NCBI RefSeq assembly: GCF_006345805.1
Contig: NC_042998.1
Location: 168,950,001 to 169,014,000 of the forward strand
Length of the DNA: 64,000 nt
Source of the DNA: Octopus sinensis
Taxonomy: Eukaryota
Direction of reading: 5' to 3'
The notes under the pieces were generated by a model, which was not told the origin of the DNA, searched no databases, and was given only the letters and a program-made list of their open reading frames with translations. A program made the position numbers and the translations under genes. Shown here one piece after another: positions 37,124 through 50,790 of this stretch (position 1 is its first letter; each line of letters starts with the position of its first letter).

Positions 37124-37245
37124 ATATTTTTAGTCGCAAGTCAACCGTAATCGACCAGGTCTCTGACCAAAAAACATTCCAGTTATGACCATCCCAGTAT
37201 ATTTTTTAAGAAAACCATTACTTTCTGTAAATAAGTAGGATGCTT

Positions 37246-37331
<86 letters not shown>

Positions 37332-37699
37332 TACATATATATATGTGTGTGTGTGTATATATATATATATGTGTATATATATATATGTGTGTGTGTGTGC
37401 GTGTGTATGTATGCATGTATGTATGTATATATCACAATACTTGATTGGTTTAAATTATTTCAAAACATTTATCTATTACATTAGCTAGGATGTAGGATGT
37501 TAAAGTAGCTCTGACGAGATTTGAACGCTAGAACGTAAAATGATACAAATAGCTTATCTAAGCTTTGAATTCGAAGCTGCAGCGTGCATGTTATTCACAG
37601 CTCTTTTACATACATTTATGAACATAGATAACTGTTTTTGTTTGTATGGTGGGGGTTAAGCAAAAACAATGGAAGTTATAACAATTTTTTCTAGTATAG

Positions 37700-39497
37700 A
37701 CGCAAGGCCTGGAATTTGGGGGGAAAAGGGCAAGGCGATTACATCGATCCCAGTGCTCAACTGTTATTTATTTTATCTATTTCTTTACTACCCACAAGGG
37801 GCTAAACACAGAGGGGACAAACAAGGACAGACAAACGGGTTATGTCGATTACATCGACCCCAGTGCGTAACTGGTACTTAATTTATCGACCCCGAAAGGA
37901 TGAAAAGCAAAGTCGACCTCGGCGGAATTTGAACTCAGAACGAGACATATCACTAATCATTTTATCCGACACGCTAACAGTCTTGTCATCTCTCCGCCTT
38001 TAAAATTATTTAAATTAAATTATTTACAAAGCCTTAAATTTTAGGAAAGGGAGCTTGTTGATTACATTTACCCCAATATTTGACTGGCACTTATTTTATC
38101 GAGCCCCGAAAGGGCTCAGATGTAAAGTTGGCCGCGGCGGCATTTGAACTCAGAAAGAAAAGAGCCGTTTCTTAATATTTTATTTAGCGCGGTAACGACT
38201 GCTAGCCCGCTGCTGAAGTTATAAGAAATGATAAAAGGTAAAAGTGCAAGCTACCGATTTGTATTTTTTCTCATAACTTGCATATTTTTATTCTTCATTT
38301 GTTTCAGTCATTGGCTGCGACCATGCTGGGGCACCGCCTTGAAGAACTTCTTTTAGTCGAATGAATCGACCCTAGTACTTATTTTTTCCTTTTTCTTTAA
38401 GCCAGGTACTTATCCTGTCGGTCACTATGCCGAACCACTTAAGTTACGGGGACATAAACACACCAACACACACATACATACATACATACATACATACATA
38501 CATACGACGGGCTTCTTTCAGTTTCTACCAAATCCACTCACAAGGTTTTGGTCGGCCCGAAGCTATAGTAAAAGACACTTGTCCAAGATGCCACGCAGTG
38601 GGACTGAACCCAGAACAATGTGGTTAGGAATCATGCTTCTTGCCACACAGCCACACCAGCGTCTGTTTTGACTTTTAAAAAAAACATTAAAAATAATGCT
38701 CCTGCAAGCTGTACTCTTAGACTTTTATGTATGCACATTCACTCTCACACACACACACACACACACACGCACACACACGCACACACACACAAACAAACAA
38801 ACAAACAAACAAACAGAATGCACCTGTATAGCTGAAGGTTTTAAACGTCTAAATTCACGCAAATAGCGATTGCTTCGATGAAAGATAAAAAAAATTCCGT
38901 ATTTTATTTTATTATTATTTTATTTATTTATTTATTTGTAATGAATTTTAAAGGTCATTCAAAGTTTAACTTTAATGTAAAGAGATGCAGGAAAAAGTGG
39001 CCAGCAAAAGAATGCGAACATGGAACAACAGAAACCGAAAGAGATGAGATAGAATATTTATACTGTTTTCTGAATTGTTTCCACTGCATGCTAAACGGAG
39101 CCCGGTAACGATACATATATTTGTGCGTGTGTATGTGTTTGTTTACGCGAATGAACGATAGATGCGCTAGAAAACTTATCAACATGCTTGTATAAGTGTA
39201 GCTGTATAATTATATTTGCAGCTTCATACATACATACACACACACACGTGCATACATGCATACATTAAATACGTGAGTACGTCGCTGTGTGACTACTTAG
39301 AAGCTTACATCCTAACTGCATGGTTAGAGGTTCAGTCCCTCTTGCCTGGCACATTCGGCCAGTGTTTTTCTACCATAGCCTCAGACCGACCAAAGCTTTG
39401 TGAGTGGATTTGGTTGAGAGAAACTAAAAGAAGCCCTTCGTGTGTGTAGATAAAGAGAAAGAGAGAGAGAGAAAGACAGACAGACAGACAGACAGAC

Positions 39498-39559
<62 letters not shown>

Positions 39560-39568
39560 GTAGGTAGG

Positions 39569-39637
<69 letters not shown>

Positions 39638-39669
39638 TGACTGACTGACTGACTGACAGACAGACTGAC

Positions 39670-39750
<81 letters not shown>

Positions 39751-40640
39751 TGTGTGTGTTTGTGTATGCGTATACATTATATATATGTATGTACGTATGT
39801 ATGTATGCATGTATGTATGTATGCGTGTGTATGCTTGATTTATGCATGTCAACGTAACTTAGCAGTTCGGCAAGTGCGAGCGACAGAATAAGTACTCGCC
39901 TTAACAAAAAAAATTCAATACTGGGATCGATTTTTCCCAATGATTCAACAAAACATAAAATATAAAAGACATACATCAACACAACTGTATATACATTTAT
40001 TCTTTTACACGTTTCAATCATTTGACTGCGGCCATGCTGAAGCACCGCCTTAAAGGGTTTTAGCGAAAGAAAGCGACCCCATGACTTATTTCTTGTAAGT
40101 CTGATACTTATTCTATCGGTACCTCTTGCCGAACTGCTAATTTACGGAGACATAAACACACTAGCATCGGTTGTCAAGCGATGGTGGAGAGGACAAAGAC
40201 GCACTCACATAAATATATATATATGTCTGTGTGTGTGTGTGTGTTGTGTGTGTGTGTGTATTTACGACGGGCGTCTTTCAGTTTCTGTCTATCAAATCCA
40301 ATCACAAGGCTTTTGGTTGCCTCGAGACCATAATAGAAGACACTTGCCCCAAAGTGCAACGCAGTGGGAGTGAACCCAGGACCGTGTGGTTGGGAAGCAA
40401 GCTTCTTAACACACAGCTACGCCTTTGTATATATATACAAAGTAAAAGTGAGCATCTTTTATGTTTTACTTGTCCCAGTCATTGGAGTGCGACCATACTG
40501 GGGCACGACCTTAAACGGCTTAGTTGGACAAATCTATTAGTTTGCCATTACCGAAATGCTAAGTTATGGGGACATAAACAAACCAACACCGGTTGACAAG
40601 CTTTGCCGAGGACAAATAGAATGACAATGACAAACAATCA
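37700..40640. mobile_element. Dense SINE cluster: A at 37700-37935 and 38040-38200 (-); B at 38305-38660 (-), 39315-39950 (+), 40000-40425 (-) and 40460-40640 (-)
   Basis: Shared head, core and tail motifs with other copies in the window; boundaries approximate. Confidence 0.8.
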
Positions 40641-40664
40641 CGCACACACATATATATATATATA

Positions 40665-41458
40665 TCAATATATAAACGGCAGCTTGTCTGTCTGTGTGTC
40701 TGTCAGGTTGTACCCTCACCCTGACCACGGCTTTCAACCGATTCTGATGAAACTTGACACACACGTAGCCCAATGTCATAATTCAAAACTAACGCAGCGA
40801 AAATTTTGAAAAGTTCCCCCAGTTCTGAAAAAAAATCGATAAATTCGACATGGGTCGAGAATCTAAGGTTTTTATGTGCAACACATTTTCTACAGACTTT
40901 CTAGGGGACGCAACTCGAACTTTTTAACTCTCGGAACACGTGGGGTAAGTATCCCAAAATGTATAAAGATGCACAAAAACGGCAAAAAAGCGGGCAGCAA
41001 TGTGAGTGACAACAACGAAAAAGTCAAAATGACCAAACTGAACAAACGAATGGAAAAGGTTTTTCGATGCACACGACAAAAGCGGTTTATAATAAACCAA
41101 GAGTTTGCAAGTAGCGTCCGAGGACCCTTAGGGTACGTCAAAAATTTAAGGTAAAACATTTGGGGTGGTAGTTATAAAGAAAGTGTAAACAAAAAAAGTA
41201 TTCGAATAACTTGCGGCTGCAGCAGCTATTAGCAGAAGTGGCGGTGTTGGGGGTAAAGTCTCGAATGTAATTTCTTCCTGGTAGGAATTGGTTGGGTTGA
41301 ATTATCGATAGCTGTTTGATAGTTATTTGGGAGTGAAGAGAAGACATTGCAACCTACACATGCGCCTTCGTTCCCTAGAGGGAAAGGACTAGATTGGGAT
41401 TAGTCGTTGCCTACTAGGGGCTCTTACATACCCGGGCGACGCCGGGCTATGCTGCTAG
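40665..41458 (+). mobile_element. Complete non-autonomous Helitron (794 bp)
   Basis: A|TC 5' end at 40665; subterminal hairpin CCCGGGCGACGCCGGG (41431-41446); CTAG|T 3' end at 41458; no TSD. Confidence 0.85.
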
Positions 41459-42411
41459 TATATAATATTAATATATGTGTGTGTGTGTGTGTGTGGTGTG
41501 TGTGTGTGTGTGTGTGTGTGTATTTGTGTGTGCGTGTGCGTACATCGGGCTTCCACACAGTTTCCATCTACCAATTTCAGTCACTAGGCATTGGTTTGCC
41601 CAGGGGTATAGTAGAAAATATTAGCTCAAGGTAACGTGCAATGGCACTGAACCCGAAACCACATGGTTGAAAACCACTCAGCTATGCCAGCACGCACACA
41701 CACACCTATATATATGATATGATATAATATATGTATGTATATATGCATGTACATGTATGTATTTATATGTACATGCATGACTATGTACGTGCGCGCGCGT
41801 GTGTGTTTTTGTGTGCATGCATATGTACATCAACACGATAGAATATGTAAACACAGAAGTGAGCAAACAGATAAAAATGATCTTCGTTAATACGTGCATG
41901 TACAACGAGTTATGCAGCTGGTATATATTTTGGATATCAAAATATGCGTACATTTTCACGATGTAAACCACATTTTATCTATAGTTACGTGTTTATATTT
42001 GTACACATACACACGCATACATACATCCATACATGCATATATTTATAAACATATATACATATCTATCTACCTATTCATAAAGGTTGCAAACGAAGTACTA
42101 TAGTGTGTGAGTATATGATGAAACATTAAATTCGGTTTTTCTACAAAATTTGCTTCTTTTTTTCCGCTAAAACGCTGGAATGCATTTTATGCGAGAGTGC
42201 ATCTTGACGCCCGCAAATACGGTATTGTTGAAGCAACAGGAGAGGTAGGGCGATGTAGCAGAGTGCCTGTGAGCAAAAGTCTGTGGTATAATCGAGAATG
42301 AATCATTGTCAGTCTATTGAATAACCTTCTTTTGGATTTTGTCCTGAATGTTTGTATTTAACGGAACATGTAAACTCATATTTGAAGAGAAAAACTAACA
42401 CAACATTAAAT

Positions 42412-42925
42412 TGCCGTTGCGGAGCGGTAGTTGACAAATTCGGCCAGCATCTACCATCTTGCAACCTTATCACGGGCCGATTTCCCCGACATGCTGTCCT
42501 GAAAGGCATAATCAGAAGGGGTCTTGACGCGCCTGTCATCCAGTCTCAACTTGAACCTGCAGGGCTCGACGGCGGGACAGTAAGCGTCCCGACGAAATAA
42601 ACTTCTTCTCATTCGAGGAAAGCAAATCTCAAGTCTTGGACACGATGTGCAACGACATGTTCTCCGGCTCCAACCTTGCTGTGTCGGTTGCAATCCTGGG
42701 TGTCGCAGCCTATAACATGGAGGAAAGAAAATTCAATAAACGCTGGGGGCTGCACAACCATTATCAGTTTGTGCTGGTCGCCGTCGAAACGTCAGGTGTT
42801 CTCGGACCCCGTATTACCGATTTCCTCCGCAAAATAGGGATAACGGCAGCCCGTCGGAGAAATGAACGCCGCGAGGCGGAGTGACTGCTGTAGCAAGAGT
42901 CGCTGGCTATTCTCCACCATTTGTT
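42412..42925 (+). pseudogene. CRE-clade non-LTR retrotransposon C-terminus (zinc knuckle plus restriction-like endonuclease)
   Basis: CRCGAVVDKFGQHLPSC...GRFPRH...LEPAGL..(frameshift)KRPD...DTMCNDMFSGS...AAYNMEERKFNK..L..HYQFVLVAVETSGVLG. Confidence 0.8.
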
Positions 42926-43552
42926 CTGGAGTATGCGGCCCATCGCCTCCTCCCTCCATCTTCTACTACTTTATCCCCACCGTTTTCTTTCTTTTCTTTT
43001 CTTTTCTCCTTTTTACCTGTTTCATTGTATTTAAATGTTATAATGTATGAACTTTTTCATTTTGTCAATGAATATATTTTATTAGCAGCGACGTGAACTT
43101 TAAGAATGGTTACACCTCATCTCGCATAACGCTAATATCTTCAGAGAATGAATTCACAATCCTAAAGCAAGGAACTCACTTATCAAACATTTTTAAAACT
43201 CAACCATCAAAAAGTACACAGAATGACAGGACCATCTTCCATCTAGAAAACGACTTCATACCTTCCTTCCATCAGACACCAGAAAAGCAGTAAGAACAGC
43301 CGCGAGGAGAGCAGCAAGTTCAACTTCCAAAATTAAAAGCTTCAGAGTTAGACAAAAGTTAGAAATATATTCCAAAAATATTAAGAATAAACATCTATAA
43401 CTAGGCGTGCTAACAAAGCTAAATCCACATAATTTGTGAACTACGTTAAAACGCCGCAATTTTAAAACTTAACTAAAATCGAAATGAAGTAGTAACACGG
43501 AGATCTATCAACTTCTTATGTGTACCCTAAATATACTCATCTCAGTAAATTT

Positions 43553-43765
43553 AAGGCGGCGAGCGGGCAGAATCGTTAGCACGCCGGGCAAGATGCCATT
43601 CGTCTCTACGTTCTGAGTTCAAATTCCGCCGAGGTCGACTTTGCCTTTCATTCTTTCAGGGTTATAAAATAAGTACCAGTTGGGGTCGATGTAATCGACT
43701 TGGGTCCTTCCATCTACCAAAAAGAATACTGCTGGCTTTGTGCTAAAATTTGAAACCAATATTTT
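43553..43765 (+). mobile_element. Complete SINE family A
   Basis: AAGGCGGCGAGC.GGCAGAATCGTTAGCACGCCGGGC head; GAGTTCAAATTCC B box; GTCGACTTTGCCTTTCAT core. Confidence 0.88.
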
Positions 43766-43899
43766 TAATAAGATTTCACCTTGATATCGCTAACACATGT
43801 TCCCCGCTCACTTCAAAATCATAGCCTAGGGCCAGACTACAACAGTCAACCACCACATTAATCCTAAATTTTACGCAAAAAGCACATGACGACTGCAAC

Positions 43900-44660
43900 A
43901 ACAAAAATAAATCCGATAATCTAATTCTGACATCTATAAAAACTTTCGACTTCAAATCCTACTATCAGCTTATCCACAAAACACAAAACTTACTTTAAAA
44001 AACGAAAAACAGCACAAGCTCTGGCTAGAAAACAATTTGTCAGATCGACAAGGTTACACTGTATACAACACATCAAGAATCTATAATTTCCTGTGTCATA
44101 CCACAAGAATCTGTTCGCTGACGCACTGATTTTAATCTGTGCCTACACAACCTTTCCATTATTAACCTTAACCTTTGAATTTTCTATACTTAAGAATATA
44201 CTGTTAATGTCACAGTCACATACAACATTTTTCAAATGGGGTTAAAGAAAAAAATCCCTCAACCGAACATAATCCCTTTACAGCCTCATCTCCAAAGTAA
44301 CAGGCTTATATCATCAGCCATATACTCAATTTCTTCTCTTACCAATAACACTGGAGAACATTATATGTAACCAAGTATCACTTCTAACGACGTAAAAATA
44401 CTAAATACAAAAGATAACAATATTAGGAGTTACATACTATCTGTAGAACATTAGTAAATACAGAACAGAAAACAAATCAAAACAGCACACAAACATACGT
44501 TAAGCATGCAGAGGCTTCTCATTCAGCAAATACAATGAAATAGCAACACTAATGTTCAAACAATATATTCGATCCCTCATGGAGTATGTGATAATCTTGC
44601 TTTGGACTCCATTCCCTCAAGAGTAAATCAAACTACAAGCAAAATAAAACAACTTACTTT
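43900..44660 (+). pseudogene. Ancient CR1/L2-group LINE reverse transcriptase remnant
   Basis: Collinear degenerate motifs: LILTSIKTFDF (D..KAFD), WLENNLSDRQ, VIPQESV (GVPQGSV), ILGVT, FKQYIRSLMEY..LWTP (YVRP.LEY..WSP). Confidence 0.65.
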
Positions 44661-47340
44661 GTGTCACCCCTTGCTGCCCACGGACTGCGTCCACAGATAA
44701 CCTATAGAAAAGAATCAAAACCGCAAAAATTGAAAACAAAATTGGATATGCGAGGGAAACAATTTCTTATTATGGCAAGCTGCAAATTTCAAAGATATTA
44801 CTACAAGCACAATCACCCATCAAACAGATACATTTACATCATTGTAAAGCAGCACTACAATTAGCACTTTAAAAACAGTATCTTTCCCACTCAAACCAAA
44901 TAAACATAACAAATACATAGACTTGGAGAGCAAAAAGAATACGTTATGCTCATTGTCACATGTAATTAACGACTGCATATCAAAAAAGGCAGTATGGTAC
45001 CTAACTAGAAGAATGGCATATCTGAAGCTGTGGATTAGTATTATGCATCCAGTTGTTCGGCCGACAACCTACGTAACAGTTCTACCCGAAGAAGGCTGAC
45101 TTGAGGTTACACAACAGTATAAACCGAGAACCATGAGTGAGGATTCAAAGGTTTGTCTTGTTTCCTCAACAAGCAATTTCCTCAACAAGCAGGATTGAAG
45201 TAATAATTCTCTGGTGGTCAATATTTTCTGTAATTTTATGTGAAGGAAAATCTTGGGTCTTTAATATTTTGAAAAGTGATGTTGGGTGTCGGAAGAAATG
45301 TAGATGTTGCTTGAGAAGAAAGAAAAAGAGAAAGTACAAACAAGAAGAGAGGAAATGAGGAAAAAGAGCGAAAGAGGAAAAAGAACCTGAAGCCGGATGG
45401 ATGGTTTAAATGAAATGTTCGAGAAAAAGAAATCGGTTTTTGTTGTTTTTTAACGTCCGTAAATGTGTTGTGTTTTTAGTTGCTGGCACTTTCTCAAACT
45501 AACCGATCAGTCATTAACATGAAAAGAAGCTTGTTTTGTTGTTTTGTCAGTCATACGTGTGAAACTGAATTTTGTGTTTCACCCAAATATGCAGTGATTA
45601 AGGTAGTGAGCTGGCGGGATCATTAACACATCAGGCTAAATGCTTAGCGGCATTTCTTCCATCTCTTAAGGTGCTGAGATCAAATACTATCGAGGCCAAC
45701 TTTGCAACTCATCATTTCGAGGTCAATAAAATAAGTCCAAGTTGAGCACAGGGGCCGATTGCATTCACCCCAGTGTTCAGCTGGTACTTATTTCATCGAC
45801 TAAAAATTGTATTTTATCTTCCTAAAATTGCTATTTCTGTGCCAAAATTCGAAACCATAAAAGCAATGAACGTTGTGAAAAAAAACAAGCCCACCTATCA
45901 TAACCTTATTCGAAAAAGCAGGTGCTTTCAGAAACATTATAAGAGGGCTGTTGATCAAGGAGCAGTTAGACAAGAGGGGAAAGGCAGCTTAATCGGAAAG
46001 ACTTTCGTTGTGGTGTCAGCAATGCGCTGCAGGCGTAGGATATATGTGATTACCATTATATATATATTTATATTTAAATTTATTCAGTGTATATTAATAC
46101 AGTTTTTATATATTAAGTATTTTATAAGGACACATATAAAAGAGTGATTATTGTAGTAAAGTTTAAATTGTTGACTATGCGGTCTGCTCTTCAGCATCTT
46201 TAACATTTTATCATTGATTAACATATCGTGGTTGGTGACATTTACAGTGAATTATGTTAAGAGACGTCAATTCGAAGTGATCTACACACAAAGAAAGGTG
46301 ATTGATTAATTTACACAGAAACACATCTACATAAAGACAAATTCAAGCATTCGAGACAACAAGTGTGTCACTATGTGGTTGCTTGAGCTGCGAGAATTTG
46401 CCGCCAAATTAGTATTTTAATGCCCCATATTAATATCATAACAATTGGTTAACTGTAATGTTTTTACGCAGATGGCGTCACTGGATAATTTATCCTCTGA
46501 AATAAGCTGTGGTATGATTTCTGGGATACAGAGGTATATAACATCCATCTCAACTCATCGTTTAAAATTTCTCTAAAAAATTTTCTTCTGGTATTGTGAA
46601 ATATCAGTGTCACTTTATCGATTAGCCTTTATCACTGTTGTAATACACCGCTGATCACAATGCGCTTCTTCACATTCTTGTAACTTTCGAATGATGCCAC
46701 ACCGCTGGCCAGGCGGGCAGGAGACCAACACTTCTCCTGAACGAAATGCTAATCTATCTCATGATTACCCGTTAATAACTGAGTTGAGTGCGGTAACGCG
46801 AAATGAAGTGCTTTTCAACACCGGCCTGGTAACCAAAACTATGACCATGCAATCGTGAGTGTGCAACACCCAGACCACTAGACTATGCACTTTCACTTTG
46901 TGAAATATAAAGGGTAAAATATTCGTGTGTGTTTAAGGGGGAAGTGAGGAGAGAAATATGTGCAGGAAAATGATAGCAGTCAAGAGAGACGGAAAAGTGA
47001 TTTGGAAAATTATCGGCGTGTATGTTTCTATGTTAATTCTCCTGCTTTGAGAAGAAAAAAAAAGAGCAATAGTTTGGATAACATAGTCATAAATACCTTA
47101 TTCTCGAGAGAAAGAAGAGGTGGACGACGCTGGAACACATTTGATCATAAATCCGCTGAGTCAGGGCTGACCTGAGGCTAAACAAAAGCAGCAACGATAA
47201 CAGAGCAACGCAGATTTTCTTACATGTTTTTTAATAGAAAGAATATTAGCATTGCACATGTTTGCAAGTTCACGGTTGCATGAATCTAGTTATCAATACA
47301 TGCATAGATTTACGCATGCTTACAAGCACGAATTACACGA

Positions 47341-47422
<82 letters not shown>

Positions 47423-47611
47423 CATACACATATATGCATCCAATCAGATTTTATGTTTATACATATATCTATTTTCGTTGCTCTTTGTCTGTCCGAAGAG
47501 GACTCTAAGTAGATATGCATATTGTATGGATTAAGTGGAAGTGCTCATACAGAACTATAACAGCTATTATTAGATTATTTCAACAATGCTTGATATGTAC
47601 ATACATACGTG

Positions 47612-47644
<33 letters not shown>

Positions 47645-47683
47645 TATATATACATTTATAATCGCACACATATGAACACATGC

Positions 47684-47718
<35 letters not shown>

Positions 47719-48667
47719 ATATATAATATATATATATATAAATACATGCCTATGCATATATACACACACACATATGTATGTATATATATATATATATATA
47801 ATCTATTTTTCTATCAGCTCTATAGTATTAGCACATACGTTTTTCGCTCTCATATTTCGTGTTCAAGTTACCATTCTTTAACCATTTATAAAGTAGTCAC
47901 GACGCCTCGCAGCTTTTTCGTGATCTTCTTCGATATATAATTCAATTATCCAGAGACAAAACGTTGTTATTGTTGTTGTTTTGTTTTTTTTTAATTTATT
48001 TCTTTTTGTAAATTTGGTATAACAATAGATAAAGGATAGAACTAGTCGGTTTTCTACTTCCACTTTCGCGCATTTCGTACACGCTAGCTGCGATAAAAAC
48101 ACTTGATACTTCGTTTTCCGAGGTTGTAACCATGAAAGAGAAAGGTGACCTATTGCTTTGTCAAAAGTGGATTATATTGGAAAAAGTCACGAATATTGTT
48201 TGTGGTCAACGGCCAACTATAATTTACATCCTATTTAGATTGGTCTAAATTAGCAGCTCACATAGCTGCTGTGATTTAAAATATTACATTGCTCAAACAA
48301 TTGAAGGAAAATAACACGAACTCAAGAAAAAACAAAGTCAACATTGTTCCGTACAAACACACGCAGTGAGAGAGAGAGAGGGGGGAGAGAGCGTGAGTGA
48401 GTGAGAGAGGAGAGGCAGAGACATAACAAACACAATTTTAGCCAATATATTGTATGTATGCTTACACGTATCTGTATGTGAATACATGTACAGGACACAC
48501 AAAACAGATGTATACACATATTCACCTTGTGTGTGTAGAACTGAAATAAATGTAAATATTATAAACTCCACCGAGGGTGAAATAAGAATGTGTAAACACG
48601 TTCTGTATTATTGACGGACCGTTTCATTGTTTTGAAGTCATCAGTTAAGCTAGCCTCGTAGAGGATA

Positions 48668-49110
48668 GTGGATAGACTTGGGCTTCCCATACTGAACAGA
48701 TCAAAAAATAGAGGCTATGGCAATATGGACTGCCATTTTTCGGAGGTAAAAATGGGTTTGCATTGGACAATGCCCCTGCCTAGAAAAAAGGGCAAGTTAC
48801 AGAAGCATCGAAAGCAAATAAAAACCAACAAGAATGGGATAGGAAGGCCATCCTTCAGGGAAACATACACCGTAGCCTACAAGGGAAGGAGGAAAAGAGC
48901 CCGAATCGAGAACAATGTAAAAAAGTACTCGATGACCTATCCTCCATATGGAGTGAAAGACTTAAGTACAATAGCAGCTTTTCTTCTTTGAATTTAACTA
49001 ATCTTGAACATTTCCACTCAGACGATCAACGTGCTCCCTTGTCTCTGCTCTCCTCACGCATATTGAGTCCTGCACTGTCGACTGTTGCCAGTATTTTCTC
49101 CCAAGAATTA
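48668..49110 (+). pseudogene. Degraded R4/Dong-like ORF segment (post-RT region)
   Basis: VDRLGLPI..KNRGYGNM...KMGLH (cf. VDRLYLPR..GGRGL), EWDRKAILQG (cf. W..K.LHG), and a later CRL; several frameshifts. Confidence 0.4.
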
Positions 49111-49313
49111 ATGTTCTGTAGTTTCTCCTCCCCTACATACGTTTTCCAGCAGTTGTCGATATGCAAATGCTCAAGAACAACATCGGCGTTACTGATCTCA
49201 ACGATTTCATAAAGCCTGTGGATGCCATGAGAAAACCCTCTCTCTCAAGGTCAAATCATTACATAAATAGATGTGTATTATCGACTGTGCTTTTTATCTA
49301 TTTATGGGATTTT

Positions 49314-49356
<43 letters not shown>

Positions 49357-49389
49357 TTTGATAGAATATTTCCTTTACTGTCATCAGGT

Positions 49390-49560
49390 TTGCACATTTG
49401 TGGTCTCATGTGTAAAACAAAAGATGACCTTAGTTGGTCTCATCCGAAAAATATATACATTGCCGGCATGAAAACGACCGTAATAAGTATCCCTAACGAG
49501 ATCTCCTTAAAATGTAGCTCAGAATGCAAGTCTGTGCCAGGTTTACCATCACATTATTTC
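49390..49560 (+). pseudogene. Two degenerate C2H2-like motifs, probable LINE C-terminus
   Basis: ICGLMCKTKDDLSWSH and CSSECKSVPGLPSHY. Confidence 0.35.
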
Positions 49561-50208
49561 ATACTGTATCACTTCATAAACTGCAACTTTGTTTTTTTCA
49601 TTTTCATTTTCTCTAAACTTATTTGTTTTCTTCTTCTAACACATCTGCCCTCTAATTTGTTGTATTATTTCTAAAATTTCATATATTTCTGTTTTTCTAT
49701 AATAATTCCTTATTAACTTCCATTGGGATGACATGCTAGAGAATGTCTGTTGAACGTCTTTAAAGAATAACATGAATAGATAAAGGTGTGTTTGTTTGCG
49801 TATATGCGTGTTTTGTGTGTGTGCGTTTAGTATGTAGGGCTGCGTGTGTGTGAGTGTGTTAGCAGTGAATGTGGGTGTGTGTTATACATGTGCATGTGAG
49901 CGTATGCATGTAAGGGTGCGTGACCTAAAGGTTTGCGTGTCCTACTCATGATCGCGAGATCGTTGTTTCGAGCCCCGGACCAAGCGGTGCTTACATACAA
50001 TACACTCCATCTCACATTGATCTACGATCACTTAAACATCTGAGATGTGGTACACCATGCACATGTATAGGCAGTATCAGTTTCATGGAGCGAATGAGCT
50101 TATGTACAACACAAACATTTGATAACTACACAAATTATTTGTGCAGGTTGTTCATCAAAATACTGCAGAGCCGTTATCTGTCCTCTTTGGCAAGACAGTC
50201 CACGATGC

Positions 50209-50241
<33 letters not shown>

Positions 50242-50419
50242 TGTATGTATGTATGTATGTATGTATGTATGTATGTATGTATGTCTCGTTTTTGTCAACT
50301 GAGTGGACTGGAGCAATGGGAAATAAAGCATCTTGCTCAAGGACAAAACGCGCCGCCGGGTATCGAAATCACGATCTTACGATAGTAAGTCGACTACCCT
50401 AACCACTAAGCTACGCGTC

Positions 50420-50758
50420 TTCACATATACATGCATACATACATACATGAATGCATGCATACTTACATACATGCATACTTACATACATTCATTAAATATA
50501 TGCATGTATGCACGCACGCATGCATACATGCGTGCATGCATGTATACATACATGCGTGCATGCATGTATACATACATGCGTGCATGCATACATACATACA
50601 TAAATACATACATACATGCATACATACATACGTACGGACATACATACATGCATACATACATACATGCATGCATGCATACATGCATACATCTATCCATCCA
50701 TCCATACATACATACATAAATACATACATACATACACATACATACATACATACATACA

Positions 50759-50789
<31 letters not shown>

Positions 50790-50790
50790 T
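50420..50790. repeat. (CATA)n/(CATG)n compound microsatellite
   Basis: Direct reading. Confidence 0.95.

Noticed and set aside
46472-46533. 62-bp candidate exon MASLDNLSSEISCGMISGIQ
   Set aside because: Plausible acceptor but weak donor, unrecognised peptide, and no partner exons identifiable.
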